64,000 nucleotides of DNA from an uncultured Candidatus Saccharibacteria bacterium (GCA_964594415.1 CAZQLQ010000004.1:19162-83161), one strand, 5' to 3'; counted from the first letter of the stretch, positions 1 through 9,526 are shown. Notes: a model not told the origin generated them from the sequence alone. A program made the numbers and translations.

Positions 1-14
1 TGGAGAAGTAATAC

Positions 15-614
15 ATGAGTATGAAGCAAACAAATCAAAGAATCGGAATATTTATTGACGTACAGAATCTGTATTATTCCGCAAGAGCACTATACGGCGC
101 CAAAGTTAATTTTGCAGAGATAATCAAGACGGCTACCGCCGGCAGACAGCTTATAAGGGCAATTGCATATACAGTTAAAGCAGAGATGCCGGAAGAACAG
201 ATGTTTTTTGACGCATTGGAAAAACTCGGAATAGAAGTAAAGTCAAAGGAGTTACAAATATTCGTAAGCGGTAGAACAAAAGCCGATTGGGACGTCGGAA
301 TTGCTGTTGATATATTAAAGCTAGCGCCCAAGCTTGATTCAATAATATTATGTTCGGGAGACGGTGATTTTCAACTCCTAATGCATCATGCTAAAGCAGA
401 AGGGTGCAGGGCTGAAGTTATTTCTTTTGGCAAAAGCACATCTGCCAAATTGATTGAAGAGTCTGATGATTTTACCGATTTAGATCTTGAGCCTAACAAA
501 TATCTTTTAAAATATCATGGGCAAAAACCAGAGAATCAGCCAGAAAATAAGCAAAAAATCCAGCCACAACAGCAAAAATCCAATAAAATTGCGTTTTTCA
601 AGAAAAAACAATAA
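15..614 (+). CDS. NYN domain (LabA/DUF88) protein
   Basis: IFIDVQN, KADWDV and SGDGDF motifs; Q/K-rich tail. Confidence 0.9.
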   Translation: MSMKQTNQRIGIFIDVQNLYYSARALYGAKVNFAEIIKTATAGRQLIRAIAYTVKAEMPEEQMFFDALEKLGIEVKSKELQIFVSGRTKADWDVGIAVDILKLAPKLDSIILCSGDGDFQLLMHHAKAEGCRAEVISFGKSTSAKLIEESDDFTDLDLEPNKYLLKYHGQKPENQPENKQKIQPQQQKSNKIAFFKKKQ

Positions 615-643
615 TTGAATTTTTGCCTTTTTTAGGCTAAAAT
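615..643 (+). promoter_or_regulatory. sigma70-type promoter of gltX (probably leaderless)
   Basis: TTGAAT-17-TAAAAT, ATG 7 nt downstream, no SD. Confidence 0.6.
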
Positions 644-650
644 AACTCAT

Positions 651-2069
651 ATGAAATATATAACGCGTTTTGCTCCAAGCCCAACCGGATTTATGCATGT
701 TGGTAATATGCGTACGGCTATTTTTGATTATTTAACTGCAAAATCTAGCGGCGGAAAGTTCCTTTTAAGGATTGAAGACACGGATAGAGAACGATTTATA
801 CCAGATGGAGTTCAGTATATCCACGACTGTTTAGGATGGATGGGGATTAAATATGATGGGGAAGTAATCTACCAATCAGACAGACTTCGTATTTATCAAG
901 AAAAAGCTAACGAGCTAGTAGAAAACGGCCTAGCCTATAAATGTTTTTGCTCTAAGGAAAGACTTGAAGAACTTAAAAATGAGCAGGAAAGAGAAAAGAA
1001 ACCTCCAGTTTACGATAGATGTTGCCTAAATCTAAAAAAAGAAGAAGTAGATAAAAAGACAGCAGAAAATGTGCCTTTTGTAATCCGTTTTAGAATCCCG
1101 GAAAAACCTGAGACAATCAGCTGGAATGATAAGATCAGGGATAAAGTAACGATTGCTACAAGTACGCTAGAGGATTTTATAATCATAAAGTCAGACGGTT
1201 GGCCAACTTATAATTTTGCAAACATAGTAGATGACCATGAATCAAAAATCACTTTAGTGATAAGAGGAGAGGAATTTGTTCCTTCAACTCCAAAACATAT
1301 ACTTTTATATCAAGCATTTGGTTGGGAACATCCAGAATTCGCACATATTCCGATAATAATAGGAAAAGACAAAACAAAGCTATCAAAGAGAAACGGCGAT
1401 ACCGCGCTGCTTGATTATAGAACCAAGGGATACCTGCCCGAAGCTTTATTGAATTTTCTAGTATTCTTGGGATGGAATCCCGGTACTGAAGAAGAGATAT
1501 TTAGTCTTTCTGAGCTTGAAGCGAAGTTTGACATTGAAAGGGTAGGGAAGTCTCCCGCAGTATTTGACATCGAGAGGCTGGACTGGATAAATGGAGTTTA
1601 TATACGCAATCTTTCAGTTGGTGAACTAAAAAACAAAATTATTGAATTTGATAATAGCTTTTCGAATGCAAATCAAGACTTATTGGACAAGATTATTACC
1701 GTTGAGCAAAGCAGGCTAAAAACACTTGCAGAATTTAAGGAAATAAGCGGTTTTTACTTTGATTTACCAAAATACAACAAAGATATGCTTGTTTTCAAGA
1801 AAAGCTCGCCAGAAGCCACCAAAAAAGGCCTGGAGGCCACCTTGACAGAGTTATCGGAGATTACTGCTGAAAATTGGGAAAAGCTGAACGTTGAAGAATT
1901 AAATGGCATTCTTTCAAGGATTGTTACTGCTAACAATTTAAACAATGCAGATGTTTTTTGGCCAATTAGGGTAGCATTATCGGGACAAGAAAGATCCGCA
2001 TCTCCCGCAGAACTTTTATGGGTGCTTGGGAAAGATGAATCAATAAAACGCATCCAAAACGCAATATAA
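651..2069 (+). CDS. gltX: glutamate--tRNA ligase
   Basis: RFAPSPTG, HVGN (HIGH-like), LRIEDTD, KLSKR (KMSKS-like). Confidence 0.97.
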   Translation: MKYITRFAPSPTGFMHVGNMRTAIFDYLTAKSSGGKFLLRIEDTDRERFIPDGVQYIHDCLGWMGIKYDGEVIYQSDRLRIYQEKANELVENGLAYKCFCSKERLEELKNEQEREKKPPVYDRCCLNLKKEEVDKKTAENVPFVIRFRIPEKPETISWNDKIRDKVTIATSTLEDFIIIKSDGWPTYNFANIVDDHESKITLVIRGEEFVPSTPKHILLYQAFGWEHPEFAHIPIIIGKDKTKLSKRNGDTALLDYRTKGYLPEALLNFLVFLGWNPGTEEEIFSLSELEAKFDIERVGKSPAVFDIERLDWINGVYIRNLSVGELKNKIIEFDNSFSNANQDLLDKIITVEQSRLKTLAEFKEISGFYFDLPKYNKDMLVFKKSSPEATKKGLEATLTELSEITAENWEKLNVEELNGILSRIVTANNLNNADVFWPIRVALSGQERSASPAELLWVLGKDESIKRIQNAI

Positions 2070-2221
2070 TCTATCCTGTTTTTTTACGCACGTACAAGAA
2101 CCTCATTTTATTATTATTTGAGCTTGTATAAATTATAATCTTCTCAAACTTATCACTATGTTAGTAAAATATCTTTCGAGTACTAATGCGAAGTGTTTAT
2201 TCAAGTAAACTGTTTCAATAC

Positions 2222-2250
2222 TTGACAAAATCTTATAAAACTTATATACT
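2222..2250 (+). promoter_or_regulatory. sigma70-type promoter
   Basis: TTGACA-17-TATACT; inverted repeat TCAAGTA-N11-TACTTGA (2201-2225) overlaps the -35. Confidence 0.75.
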
Positions 2251-2326
2251 CTCATCTGTTGGCCGAAAATTAGCTAAAAATTTTGGCTTGAAGATTGAAA
2301 AAATAAAAAGAAAGAGGTGTTTTTGT

Positions 2327-2740
2327 TTGCAAAATAACGAAAGCAAAAAGAAAAAAAGAAGACTGCCTCCCAATGAAGAACTTATCCAAAAAGCACTCTA
2401 CACAAAGATAGAGAGCTTATCTGGAAACCAAAGGGAAGTAGTTTGCATCGAACTAAGCTGGGTTGTTTATAACGAATCCGAGTTTGAGAGGGCGAAAAAA
2501 GATAGAAGGTATCTAATCAATGCTATAAAAGACAGCATTGAAAAACTAGGTTGGCTTGTAAACGAGCCAATTGTAAACCTTAAAGAAGGGAATCTGTTCC
2601 TGGTTTCGGGAATATGCAGATTCATTGCCCTAAAAGAGCTTGCAGAAGAAAGAAAGAGGCCAGCGGCAATATTTGTAAGAGTTTACAATAACTTACGCAA
2701 AAAAGATGTTGCTGCTATAAAGGAAGCCGATAATCTCTAA
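2327..2740 (+). CDS. small ParB/sulfiredoxin-like domain protein
   Basis: SI..LG...EPIV....LVSGICRFIALKEL....IFVRV....DN pattern resembles the ParB N-terminal domain; TTG start chosen after SD GAGGTG. Confidence 0.6.
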   Translation: MQNNESKKKKRRLPPNEELIQKALYTKIESLSGNQREVVCIELSWVVYNESEFERAKKDRRYLINAIKDSIEKLGWLVNEPIVNLKEGNLFLVSGICRFIALKELAEERKRPAAIFVRVYNNLRKKDVAAIKEADNL

Positions 2741-2773
2741 TCCTACTATATTGTTTATCCAGATATCTGGATG

Positions 2774-2801
2774 GCCAAAACGAAAAGTTTTGGCTTTTTT
2801 T
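2774..2801 (+). terminator. intrinsic terminator
   Basis: GCCAAAAC-GAAAA-GTTTTGGC followed by T-run. Confidence 0.8.
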
Positions 2802-2843
2802 ATTTATTAAATTCGGTTATTCTTATTTCATTAGAGGGTAAAT

Positions 2844-3590
2844 TTGAGCGAAATCTTTTCAGAAAACATGAGCACCTTATTTCTTGCAACCATATCAGGT
2901 TTTGCGACATTTCTTGGTGTTTTTCTGGGCAATGTAGGTAAAAAAACCAAAGTGAAGATTGTCTTCGGTTCTAGTTTTGCGGCAGGAATTATGATACTAA
3001 TCTCAATTTTCGAACTAATACCAGAATCGACAAGAAATATTGGTAGCAAATCATTATTTTGGGTATTTGTTGGATTCTCTTCTATCTTTGTTATCAATAA
3101 GATACTGCCTCATATACACACATTAAAGGGAATAAAAAATTGTAACGAAAAATGCATGAGAAGAATGTCTTATCTTCTAGCAATAGGTATGATACTGCAT
3201 GACTTTCCCGAGGGGTTTGCGATATCAAGCTCCTTTGGGGCTTCTTCACAGCTCGGAATGACCATAGTAATTGCTACCTTCATTCACAATATACCCGAAG
3301 GATATATTCTAACAATCGCTTCATCAAAGAAAAAAAATATCAGCTTCACTTATAAGTCTGCTTTTTTATCTTCGCTAGCAACTCTCTCGGGTGCTATTTT
3401 AGGAGTTTATTTAGCCAGCGTCTTCAATTCGATAAACCCTTATTTTCTTGCGATTGCAGCTGGCGTAATGCTCTTTATCTCAATAAGTGAAATTATACCG
3501 ACTAGCCTAAAAAACGGACACAATAAAGTTTTCAATATCGGGGTAGCAACTGCGCTAGTACTATTTATTACTCTTAATATTGCTTTTTAG
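2844..3590 (+). CDS. ZIP family metal transporter (ZupT/GufA-like)
   Basis: HDFPEG and HNIPEG motifs, PHIH loop, multiple TM segments. Confidence 0.92.
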   Translation: MSEIFSENMSTLFLATISGFATFLGVFLGNVGKKTKVKIVFGSSFAAGIMILISIFELIPESTRNIGSKSLFWVFVGFSSIFVINKILPHIHTLKGIKNCNEKCMRRMSYLLAIGMILHDFPEGFAISSSFGASSQLGMTIVIATFIHNIPEGYILTIASSKKKNISFTYKSAFLSSLATLSGAILGVYLASVFNSINPYFLAIAAGVMLFISISEIIPTSLKNGHNKVFNIGVATALVLFITLNIAF

Positions 3591-3651
3591 AGCCGTTCTC
3601 GATTATTGAAAAAAAGATGGAAATAAGTTATTATTTGTAAACTAAAAACAT

Positions 3652-3725
3652 TCCGGGATCGTCTAATGGTAGGACAACAGGTTCTGGTCCTGTTTATCTG
3701 GGTTCGAATCCTAGTCCCGGAGCCA
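3652..3725 (+). tRNA. tRNA-Gln(CTG)
   Basis: TCCGGGA/TCCCGGA acceptor stem, ACAGG-TTCTGGT-CCTGT anticodon arm, GGTTCGAATCC, encoded CCA. Confidence 0.96.
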
Positions 3726-3868
3726 AATTATATTCTGCGAGTTTATTGCCTCGGCGCTACGCGTCTTGCAGATAGACGTAAACAGACAGGGAAGAGAAAC
3801 CTAGATCTTTAGCGTCAGGATTTTTGTAGGAAAGAATCGGATTTCAATCAGAGCGTAGGACTTATACT

Positions 3869-3893
3869 AAAGCCGATTAGTTCGGTTTTTTTT
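3869..3893 (+). terminator. intrinsic terminator ~145 nt after tRNA-Gln
   Basis: AGCCGA-TTAGT-TCGGTT plus long T-run. Confidence 0.65.
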
Positions 3894-3932
3894 GATTTGA
3901 AAGTTTGGAGCCAAATAGAATATAATAATGTT

Positions 3933-4286
3933 ATGAAAGAAAACTTAATTGAAGGAATTAAAAAGTTTTTTAGCTGTTGTTTCGGCTTATTAATACTTGT
4001 CGGAATAATTACATTGGGAATGAAATATCAAAAATCCAGAGAAGATAAATTCCCATGGAAGGGAACATTTTATAGGATAGACAACGATTTCACAACGCTG
4101 ATTGACTCAGGAGACTTTGAATCACTAGAAAAATGTAGAAGTTGGGCCGACGAAAGAGCCGATCATTTCGGTCTAAATGATAACGAGTTCGATTATTCGT
4201 GTGGAACAGGCTGTACTTATAAAGACAATGAGGTAGTTGACGGAAAAAAGGTTAACAACTATGAATGCAGCGAAATTACCAAGTAA
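3933..4286 (+). CDS. membrane-anchored Cys-rich hypothetical protein
   Basis: N-terminal TM, then WKGTFY..F.SLEKCR..DYSCG..C..C; ATG 6 nt after TATAAT (3921-3926). Confidence 0.75.
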   Translation: MKENLIEGIKKFFSCCFGLLILVGIITLGMKYQKSREDKFPWKGTFYRIDNDFTTLIDSGDFESLEKCRSWADERADHFGLNDNEFDYSCGTGCTYKDNEVVDGKKVNNYECSEITK

Positions 4287-4292
4287 GGCTGA

Positions 4293-4532
4293 TTATTTTT
4301 TCTTTGAGAAAACTTTAAAACAAATAAATTCCATTAATGAAATAAAAAAATATATTACGACTTCAAATAACGCTATATTTAAATCATAATCAAATATTTG
4401 TATTTACAGAGTTCTCGTTATAAGCAGGTTTGAATTGTCAGGCGATGCATAAAAGGAATAGAAGACAAATAATACTGAAGCAAAAAAAGAGATAATTAAC
4501 CTTTTTTTTGATATAAAGTTCCATTTTTTCAT
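4293..4532 (-). pseudogene. 80-codon two-TM membrane protein ORF interrupted by in-frame TAA (4404-4406)
   Basis: SD GGAGGG + ATG at 4532; after the stop the same frame continues for 36 codons through a second hydrophobic segment to KKK*. Confidence 0.45.
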
Positions 4533-4615
4533 ACACCCTCCAATTTACTATTATTCTACAATAAAAAATAAAATATAGTTAGCAGAACCTCTAATTTGTA
4601 AGATATAATAGGCTC

Positions 4616-5227
4616 ATGAACGAAAACACTAAAAAGATATTAGGTAGTAAAAAGTTATATTTTTCAATTTGTTTATTATTGATTGCGCTAATTACAAATT
4701 TTACTAGCACGAATATAATTAGTGCTTACTTTCCGGAGAGAACAGCCGCTCCTGATTTGCTTTTTAAACTGACTCCTTACATCGGCTGGACTCAGTATTG
4801 GACCGATATTGCTAATATCCTAAGCGTAGTCTTACTAGCTATCTATGCTTTTACTAAAAAAAGAGCAAACAAGATCCCCTGGATCATAACTACTTTTGCA
4901 ACAATGGAAATTTTACGAGGGTTCATTATAATTCTCACTCCGCTAGGCGGTCCTTTGGGAAACGAGATGAACTATGGACTGACAACTATCCATCAATATG
5001 GAGAATTTCCATCGGGTCATTTTGCAACTGCAATAATTTGTTATTATTTTATCGACAGAGCCTCGGCTCCGATCCTAAACAAATTAGCATTTGCTCTTAT
5101 TATCATAGAAGGAGTGTGTCTGATATTGTCTAGAGGACACTATTCCATTGATCTAGTGGGCGGATTTATGCTTTCTTATATTGTTTACAAACTAATAGAA
5201 AAACATAAGCAAAAACTAATAATTTAA
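4616..5227 (+). CDS. PAP2-superfamily membrane phosphatase/phosphotransferase
   Basis: FPSGH and SRGHYSID motifs, TM helices. Confidence 0.85.
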   Translation: MNENTKKILGSKKLYFSICLLLIALITNFTSTNIISAYFPERTAAPDLLFKLTPYIGWTQYWTDIANILSVVLLAIYAFTKKRANKIPWIITTFATMEILRGFIIILTPLGGPLGNEMNYGLTTIHQYGEFPSGHFATAIICYYFIDRASAPILNKLAFALIIIEGVCLILSRGHYSIDLVGGFMLSYIVYKLIEKHKQKLII

Positions 5228-5231
5228 TTAG

Positions 5232-5849
5232 ATGCATATAAATTTCGAATTAATAATGGATTGGGTAATTCAATACAAGTACTGGATTATTTTTCCTTTA
5301 GTAGTAATTGAGGGTCCGATGGTAACAATTATATCGGGGTTACTAGCTTCGCTAGGGTATTTAAATTTTTTTATAGCATTTCCTGTAATATTTGCAGCTG
5401 ATATAACAAGCGATTCAATTTATTATTTTTTAGGTAGGTGGGGAAGAGACAGATTTCACAAAAAAAACAACAGCTTTATCGGGATAAAAAGCAGGCAAAT
5501 CGTTAAGCTGGAACGACACTTTGAGAAGCATGGCGGAAAGACTTTGATAATTGGAAAATATATGCACCTTTTTATTATTCCTATAATGATATCGGCGGGT
5601 ATGGCAAAAATACGCTATTTGAAATTTCTTTTTTTTGTTTTAATTGGAAATCTTCCGAAGTCCTTAATCTTAATTTTAGTGGGATTTTATTTTGGCTCTG
5701 GCTACCTAATCATTAAACACTATCTAGATATCTCATCAGCTGTTACAATAGTTACCGTACTTTTTATTTCTTTAGCTTATCTAATCTACAAAATATTTTT
5801 AAAGAATGAAAAATTAATAAATAAACAATTTAAAAAACTTTGGGAATAA
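5232..5849 (+). CDS. DedA family membrane protein
   Basis: IEGP, D.IYYFLGR, FEKHG, SAGM motifs. Confidence 0.9.
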   Translation: MHINFELIMDWVIQYKYWIIFPLVVIEGPMVTIISGLLASLGYLNFFIAFPVIFAADITSDSIYYFLGRWGRDRFHKKNNSFIGIKSRQIVKLERHFEKHGGKTLIIGKYMHLFIIPIMISAGMAKIRYLKFLFFVLIGNLPKSLILILVGFYFGSGYLIIKHYLDISSAVTIVTVLFISLAYLIYKIFLKNEKLINKQFKKLWE

Positions 5850-5851
5850 AA

Positions 5852-7228
5852 ATGAAAAAGAAAATTGATTACTATTTTATAGGAATCGGGGGGATTGGGA
5901 TGAGCGGCCTTGCAAATATTTTATTTGAGCAAGGGTATAAAATTGCGGGCTCAGACATAAACAAAAATGAAGAAACTTACAAACTTGAAGAAAAGGGCAT
6001 TACTATCAATTATTCTCATATGTCAAAAAATATAAACAACGACATTCAGAATGTAGTCACAACAGCAGCCATTAGGTCTGACAATCCGGAAATTCTTGAA
6101 GCCAACAGATTAGGTATTAACATTATCTCAAGACCTCAGCTTTTGAACAAAATTATTACTCAGAATAAAGCAATCGCCATAACAGGAACTCACGGAAAAA
6201 CTACTACTACTTCAATGATCTCATTGATTTTAGAAGCGGCAAATCTAGACCCTACTATTATTGTAGGTGCAGAGGTAAGTAATATCCACGGAAATTCGAA
6301 GCTTGGGAAAGGAGAGTATTCGGTAGCAGAAGTTTGCGAATATCAAAAGGCCTTTCTAGAGATATATCCCTATATTGCGATTATTACAAATATTGAAGAA
6401 GACCACCTAGACTGTTACAAAGATCTGGAAGACATAGTAGATGCATTCAAGGGATTTGTCCAAAATATTAATAAAAAAGGGCTTTTAGTAGCTTGTGGAG
6501 ATAATATTAACTCCTCTAGGGTTCTAAAAAGTTTCGCCGGCGAGAAAACTAGTTACGGGTTTAATAACAACAATGATTGGAGAGCTGTTAATGTATCCGC
6601 CGAAAACGAAAAAACAGTATTTACCGTTACCCATAACGATGTCGTGATAAGTGATTTTTCATTGAAAGTCCCTGGCGAACACAATGTTTTAAATGCCCTT
6701 GCTGCAATAATAGTTGCCAAAAAAATAGGAATTGATAATAAGACCATTCAAGCCACCTTGTCTTCTTTTTCGGGCGCAGATAGAAGATTCCAGATACTAG
6801 GTAAATACAAAGAAGCGACAATCATTGACGACTACGCTCATCATCCAACAGAAATTATTGCTACGCTAAGGGGCGCAAGGCAGTTTTACCCAAATTTAAG
6901 AATAATCGCCGTTTTCCAACCGCACCAACATTGTAGAACTAAATTTTTGCTCAAAGAGTTTAGCGAAGCATTCACTGATGCCGATATAGTGATAATGCCG
7001 GAAATATATGCGGTCAGAGATACTCGTGAGGATATTGAAAGTGTTTCTTCAAAAGATGTCGTAGATATGATAAACAAAATCACACCCGAGAAAGCAATTT
7101 TTATCAGAGACTTTGAGCAGGTTGAAGATTATTTGGAGAAAATCATACAAAAAGACGATATAATTCTGACCATCGGAGCAGGACCAGTTGATAAAATAGG
7201 GAAGACGCTACTTGAGAAATCAAAATAG
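5852..7228 (+). CDS. murC: UDP-N-acetylmuramate--L-alanine ligase
   Basis: IGIGGIGMSGLA, GTHGKTTT, DDYAHHPTE, VFQPH. Confidence 0.96.
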   Translation: MKKKIDYYFIGIGGIGMSGLANILFEQGYKIAGSDINKNEETYKLEEKGITINYSHMSKNINNDIQNVVTTAAIRSDNPEILEANRLGINIISRPQLLNKIITQNKAIAITGTHGKTTTTSMISLILEAANLDPTIIVGAEVSNIHGNSKLGKGEYSVAEVCEYQKAFLEIYPYIAIITNIEEDHLDCYKDLEDIVDAFKGFVQNINKKGLLVACGDNINSSRVLKSFAGEKTSYGFNNNNDWRAVNVSAENEKTVFTVTHNDVVISDFSLKVPGEHNVLNALAAIIVAKKIGIDNKTIQATLSSFSGADRRFQILGKYKEATIIDDYAHHPTEIIATLRGARQFYPNLRIIAVFQPHQHCRTKFLLKEFSEAFTDADIVIMPEIYAVRDTREDIESVSSKDVVDMINKITPEKAIFIRDFEQVEDYLEKIIQKDDIILTIGAGPVDKIGKTLLEKSK

Positions 7229-7251
7229 TTTATGTTATATTTGTTTAAGCA

Positions 7252-8121
7252 ATGAATACAAATAAGAAAAGTAAAAGTTTATTGATGTCTTTTTTGCATG
7301 TTTTCATACCCCTAAAAGGGAATGGTTTCAGACCACACGCGATCAGACATAAACCTCTTTCCATCTATTCCTTGGGGCTGATACTGTCACAGCTACTTTT
7401 TGGCATTTATAGCTTGGGGCCTTCTGTCCTAATTGAAGACCCATTAGCTATGAGCAAGGAAATTATTACTTTGACCAATCAGGAACGTTCTGCTCGGGGA
7501 ATCTCCGTACTTAGCGAAAACGAAAAACTCGATCAAGCTGCTCGTGAGAAACTAATAGACATGTTTGATAATAATTATTGGGATCATAAATCACCGGACG
7601 GTAAACAGGCCTGGGACTTCATTCGAAGCGAGAATTATGACTATTTATTAGCAGGCGAAAATTTAGCGAAAGGGTTCAATAAATCGACTACAGTGGTTGA
7701 AGCTTGGATGAATAGCGAAACCCATAAAGCAAATATAGTTAATGCGAATTTTAAACAAATCGGTGTTGCTATCGGAACAGGAGTCATCGACGGACAAGAC
7801 GTAATACTGATAGTACAGGTATTTGCTACGCCAAAAGGCCAAGCCGTTGCCTCAAATACTGGAGGAACCGATAATGCCTTAGTTCTAGGACAGGCAATTA
7901 ACAAATACAACCTCTATCTAGAAAATGCTGGCCTCCCAGAAAAAATCCCTTACCTGATGACTTGGACTATTTTATTCTCATTAATTATATTTGATGGCGT
8001 TATGCTAAGAAAAGGCAACTTACACAAATCGCGAAAACATCTTTTTGCCTTTAGATCGGCCTTATTTATAAACGGCTTGGCCTTGCTTTTACTTTGTGTA
8101 AACATTAGCGCTGTTCTCTAA
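7252..8121 (+). CDS. CAP/SCP domain membrane protein
   Basis: LTNQER, YWDH, GENLA, WMNS..H.AN motifs; N- and C-terminal TM. Confidence 0.9.
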   Translation: MNTNKKSKSLLMSFLHVFIPLKGNGFRPHAIRHKPLSIYSLGLILSQLLFGIYSLGPSVLIEDPLAMSKEIITLTNQERSARGISVLSENEKLDQAAREKLIDMFDNNYWDHKSPDGKQAWDFIRSENYDYLLAGENLAKGFNKSTTVVEAWMNSETHKANIVNANFKQIGVAIGTGVIDGQDVILIVQVFATPKGQAVASNTGGTDNALVLGQAINKYNLYLENAGLPEKIPYLMTWTILFSLIIFDGVMLRKGNLHKSRKHLFAFRSALFINGLALLLLCVNISAVL

Positions 8122-8153
8122 TTATAAAACTTATGAAATAACGAAAGGAGTAC

Positions 8154-9056
8154 ATGTACGATTTAGCTATTATTGGAGCCGGGCCAGCCGGTCTTACCGC
8201 CGCTGTTTACGCGCATAGATATAAAATGAATCTTATTTTAATCGGGAAGACACCGGGCGGTTATGTTTCAGACGCACATATGGTTGGAAATTGGTTGGGA
8301 GAAACAAATATACCAGGTCATGAACTTTCAAAAAAATTTTTGAATCATGTAGAAGATCTTGAAATACCCTTTGAGAAATCAGACGTAAAAGATGTAGAGA
8401 AAAAGGGTAACGATTTTTTGATTACAGTTTCCGGAGGGAAAGAGATTTTAGCCAAAAGAATAATAATTGCTACTGGAACCAAGAGAAGCAAATTAAATGT
8501 AAAAGGAGAAGAAGAATTTCTTGGGAAGGGAGTTTCGTACTGTGCTACCTGTGACGCATTTTTTTACAGAAAGAAAACAGTTGCAGTAATTGGAGGAGGA
8601 GATTCGGCTCTTACAGCGGCTATTTACTTATCCGACTTGGCGGAAAAAGTCTACATAATTCAACGTGAAAATCTGTTTACCGCAGAACAAATTTGGCAAG
8701 ATAAAGTAAACGATACTAAAAATATTGAGTCAATGTTCGGAATAAGTGTAGACGAAATTGTTGGCGATAAATTAGTGGAAAAGATCAAAACCTCAGACGG
8801 ACGGGAAATTCTTGTAAATGGCATTTTTGTTGAAATAGGTTCTGCGCCGGTTGGAGAATTAATAAGAAATTTAGAGATAAAAACAGACGATTACGGCTAT
8901 GTAGTAGTAAACGAAAAACAAGAAACAAATGTTCCCGGTGTTTGGGCAGCTGGTGATATTACCACAGGGTCAAATAAGCTAAAACAAATAATTACGGCAG
9001 CCGCTGAGGGAGCAATCGCAGCCAATAGTTGCTATATGAATTCCAAAAAAGACTAG
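8154..9056 (+). CDS. trxB: thioredoxin-disulfide reductase family protein
   Basis: GAGPAG, GVSYCATCD, GGGDSA, AAGD. Confidence 0.9.
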   Translation: MYDLAIIGAGPAGLTAAVYAHRYKMNLILIGKTPGGYVSDAHMVGNWLGETNIPGHELSKKFLNHVEDLEIPFEKSDVKDVEKKGNDFLITVSGGKEILAKRIIIATGTKRSKLNVKGEEEFLGKGVSYCATCDAFFYRKKTVAVIGGGDSALTAAIYLSDLAEKVYIIQRENLFTAEQIWQDKVNDTKNIESMFGISVDEIVGDKLVEKIKTSDGREILVNGIFVEIGSAPVGELIRNLEIKTDDYGYVVVNEKQETNVPGVWAAGDITTGSNKLKQIITAAAEGAIAANSCYMNSKKD

Positions 9057-9057
9057 T

Positions 9058-9087
9058 ATTTATTTGGCTTTACAGAGCCAAATAAAT
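9058..9087 (+). terminator. hairpin after trxB
   Basis: ATTTATTTGGCT-N6-AGCCAAATAAAT; no strong + strand T-run. Confidence 0.5.
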
Positions 9088-9209
9088 GAATAATGAGCAC
9101 TATTGATAAGTAATTATATGTAATTTGTGCTTGACAAGAATATTCAAATAGTCCATCTTATACTTAGTGGGCTAATAAAGTCACAAAACTTTTGAAAGGA
9201 GGTGGAAAA

Positions 9210-9359
9210 ATGACAGAAGCATATTGCGTAAAATGCAAAGCAAAACGCGAAATGAAAGACGCACAAGAAGTTACCATGAAAAATGGACGTCCAGCGATGA
9301 AGGGAGTTTGTCCAGTTTGCGGTACCGGAATGTACAAAATTCTTTCTACAAAGAAATAA
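9210..9359 (+). CDS. 49-aa basic zinc-ribbon protein (DUF5679/Cren7-like)
   Basis: MTEAYCVKCKAKREMKDAQEVTMKNGRPAMKGVCPVCGTGMYKILSTKK; strong SD AAAGGAGGT; absent from ORF track. Confidence 0.9.
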   Translation: MTEAYCVKCKAKREMKDAQEVTMKNGRPAMKGVCPVCGTGMYKILSTKK

Positions 9360-9373
9360 ACTAGGATTCATAT

Positions 9374-9405
9374 AAATAATCCCTCGTAATTACGAGGGAT
9401 TATTT
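9374..9405 (+). terminator. 32-bp perfect palindrome, probable terminator
   Basis: AAATAATCCCTCGTAATTACGAGGGATTATTT. Confidence 0.7.
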
Positions 9406-9432
9406 GATTATAAGGATTTTTTTTGCTATAAT
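9404..9432 (+). promoter_or_regulatory. promoter of tRNA-Glu
   Basis: TTGATT-17-TATAAT with extended TG. Confidence 0.7.
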
Positions 9433-9451
9433 TCATTGGTTAGAAATCTAT

Positions 9452-9526
9452 GGTCCCATCGTCTAGTGGTTAGGACGCCAGGTTCTCATCCTGGTAACAG
9501 GGGTTCGACTCCCCTTGGGACTACCA
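9452..9526 (+). tRNA. tRNA-Glu(CTC)
   Basis: GGTCCCA/TGGGACT stem, CCAGG-TTCTCAT-CCTGG arm, GGTTCGACTCC, encoded CCA. Confidence 0.96.

Noticed and set aside
2186-2326. N-terminal 47 codons of ORF 2186..2740
   Set aside because: They run through a consensus promoter; the SD-preceded TTG at 2327 is the better start
3907-3916. GGAGCCAAAT repeat of the tRNA-Gln 3' end, 188 bp downstream, as an att site
   Set aside because: Only 10 bp and inside a promoter spacer, so it may be chance despite spacing similar to the tRNA-Glu element
9144-9371. 75-aa minus-strand ORF
   Set aside because: Antisense shadow of the SD-supported 49-aa zinc-ribbon gene
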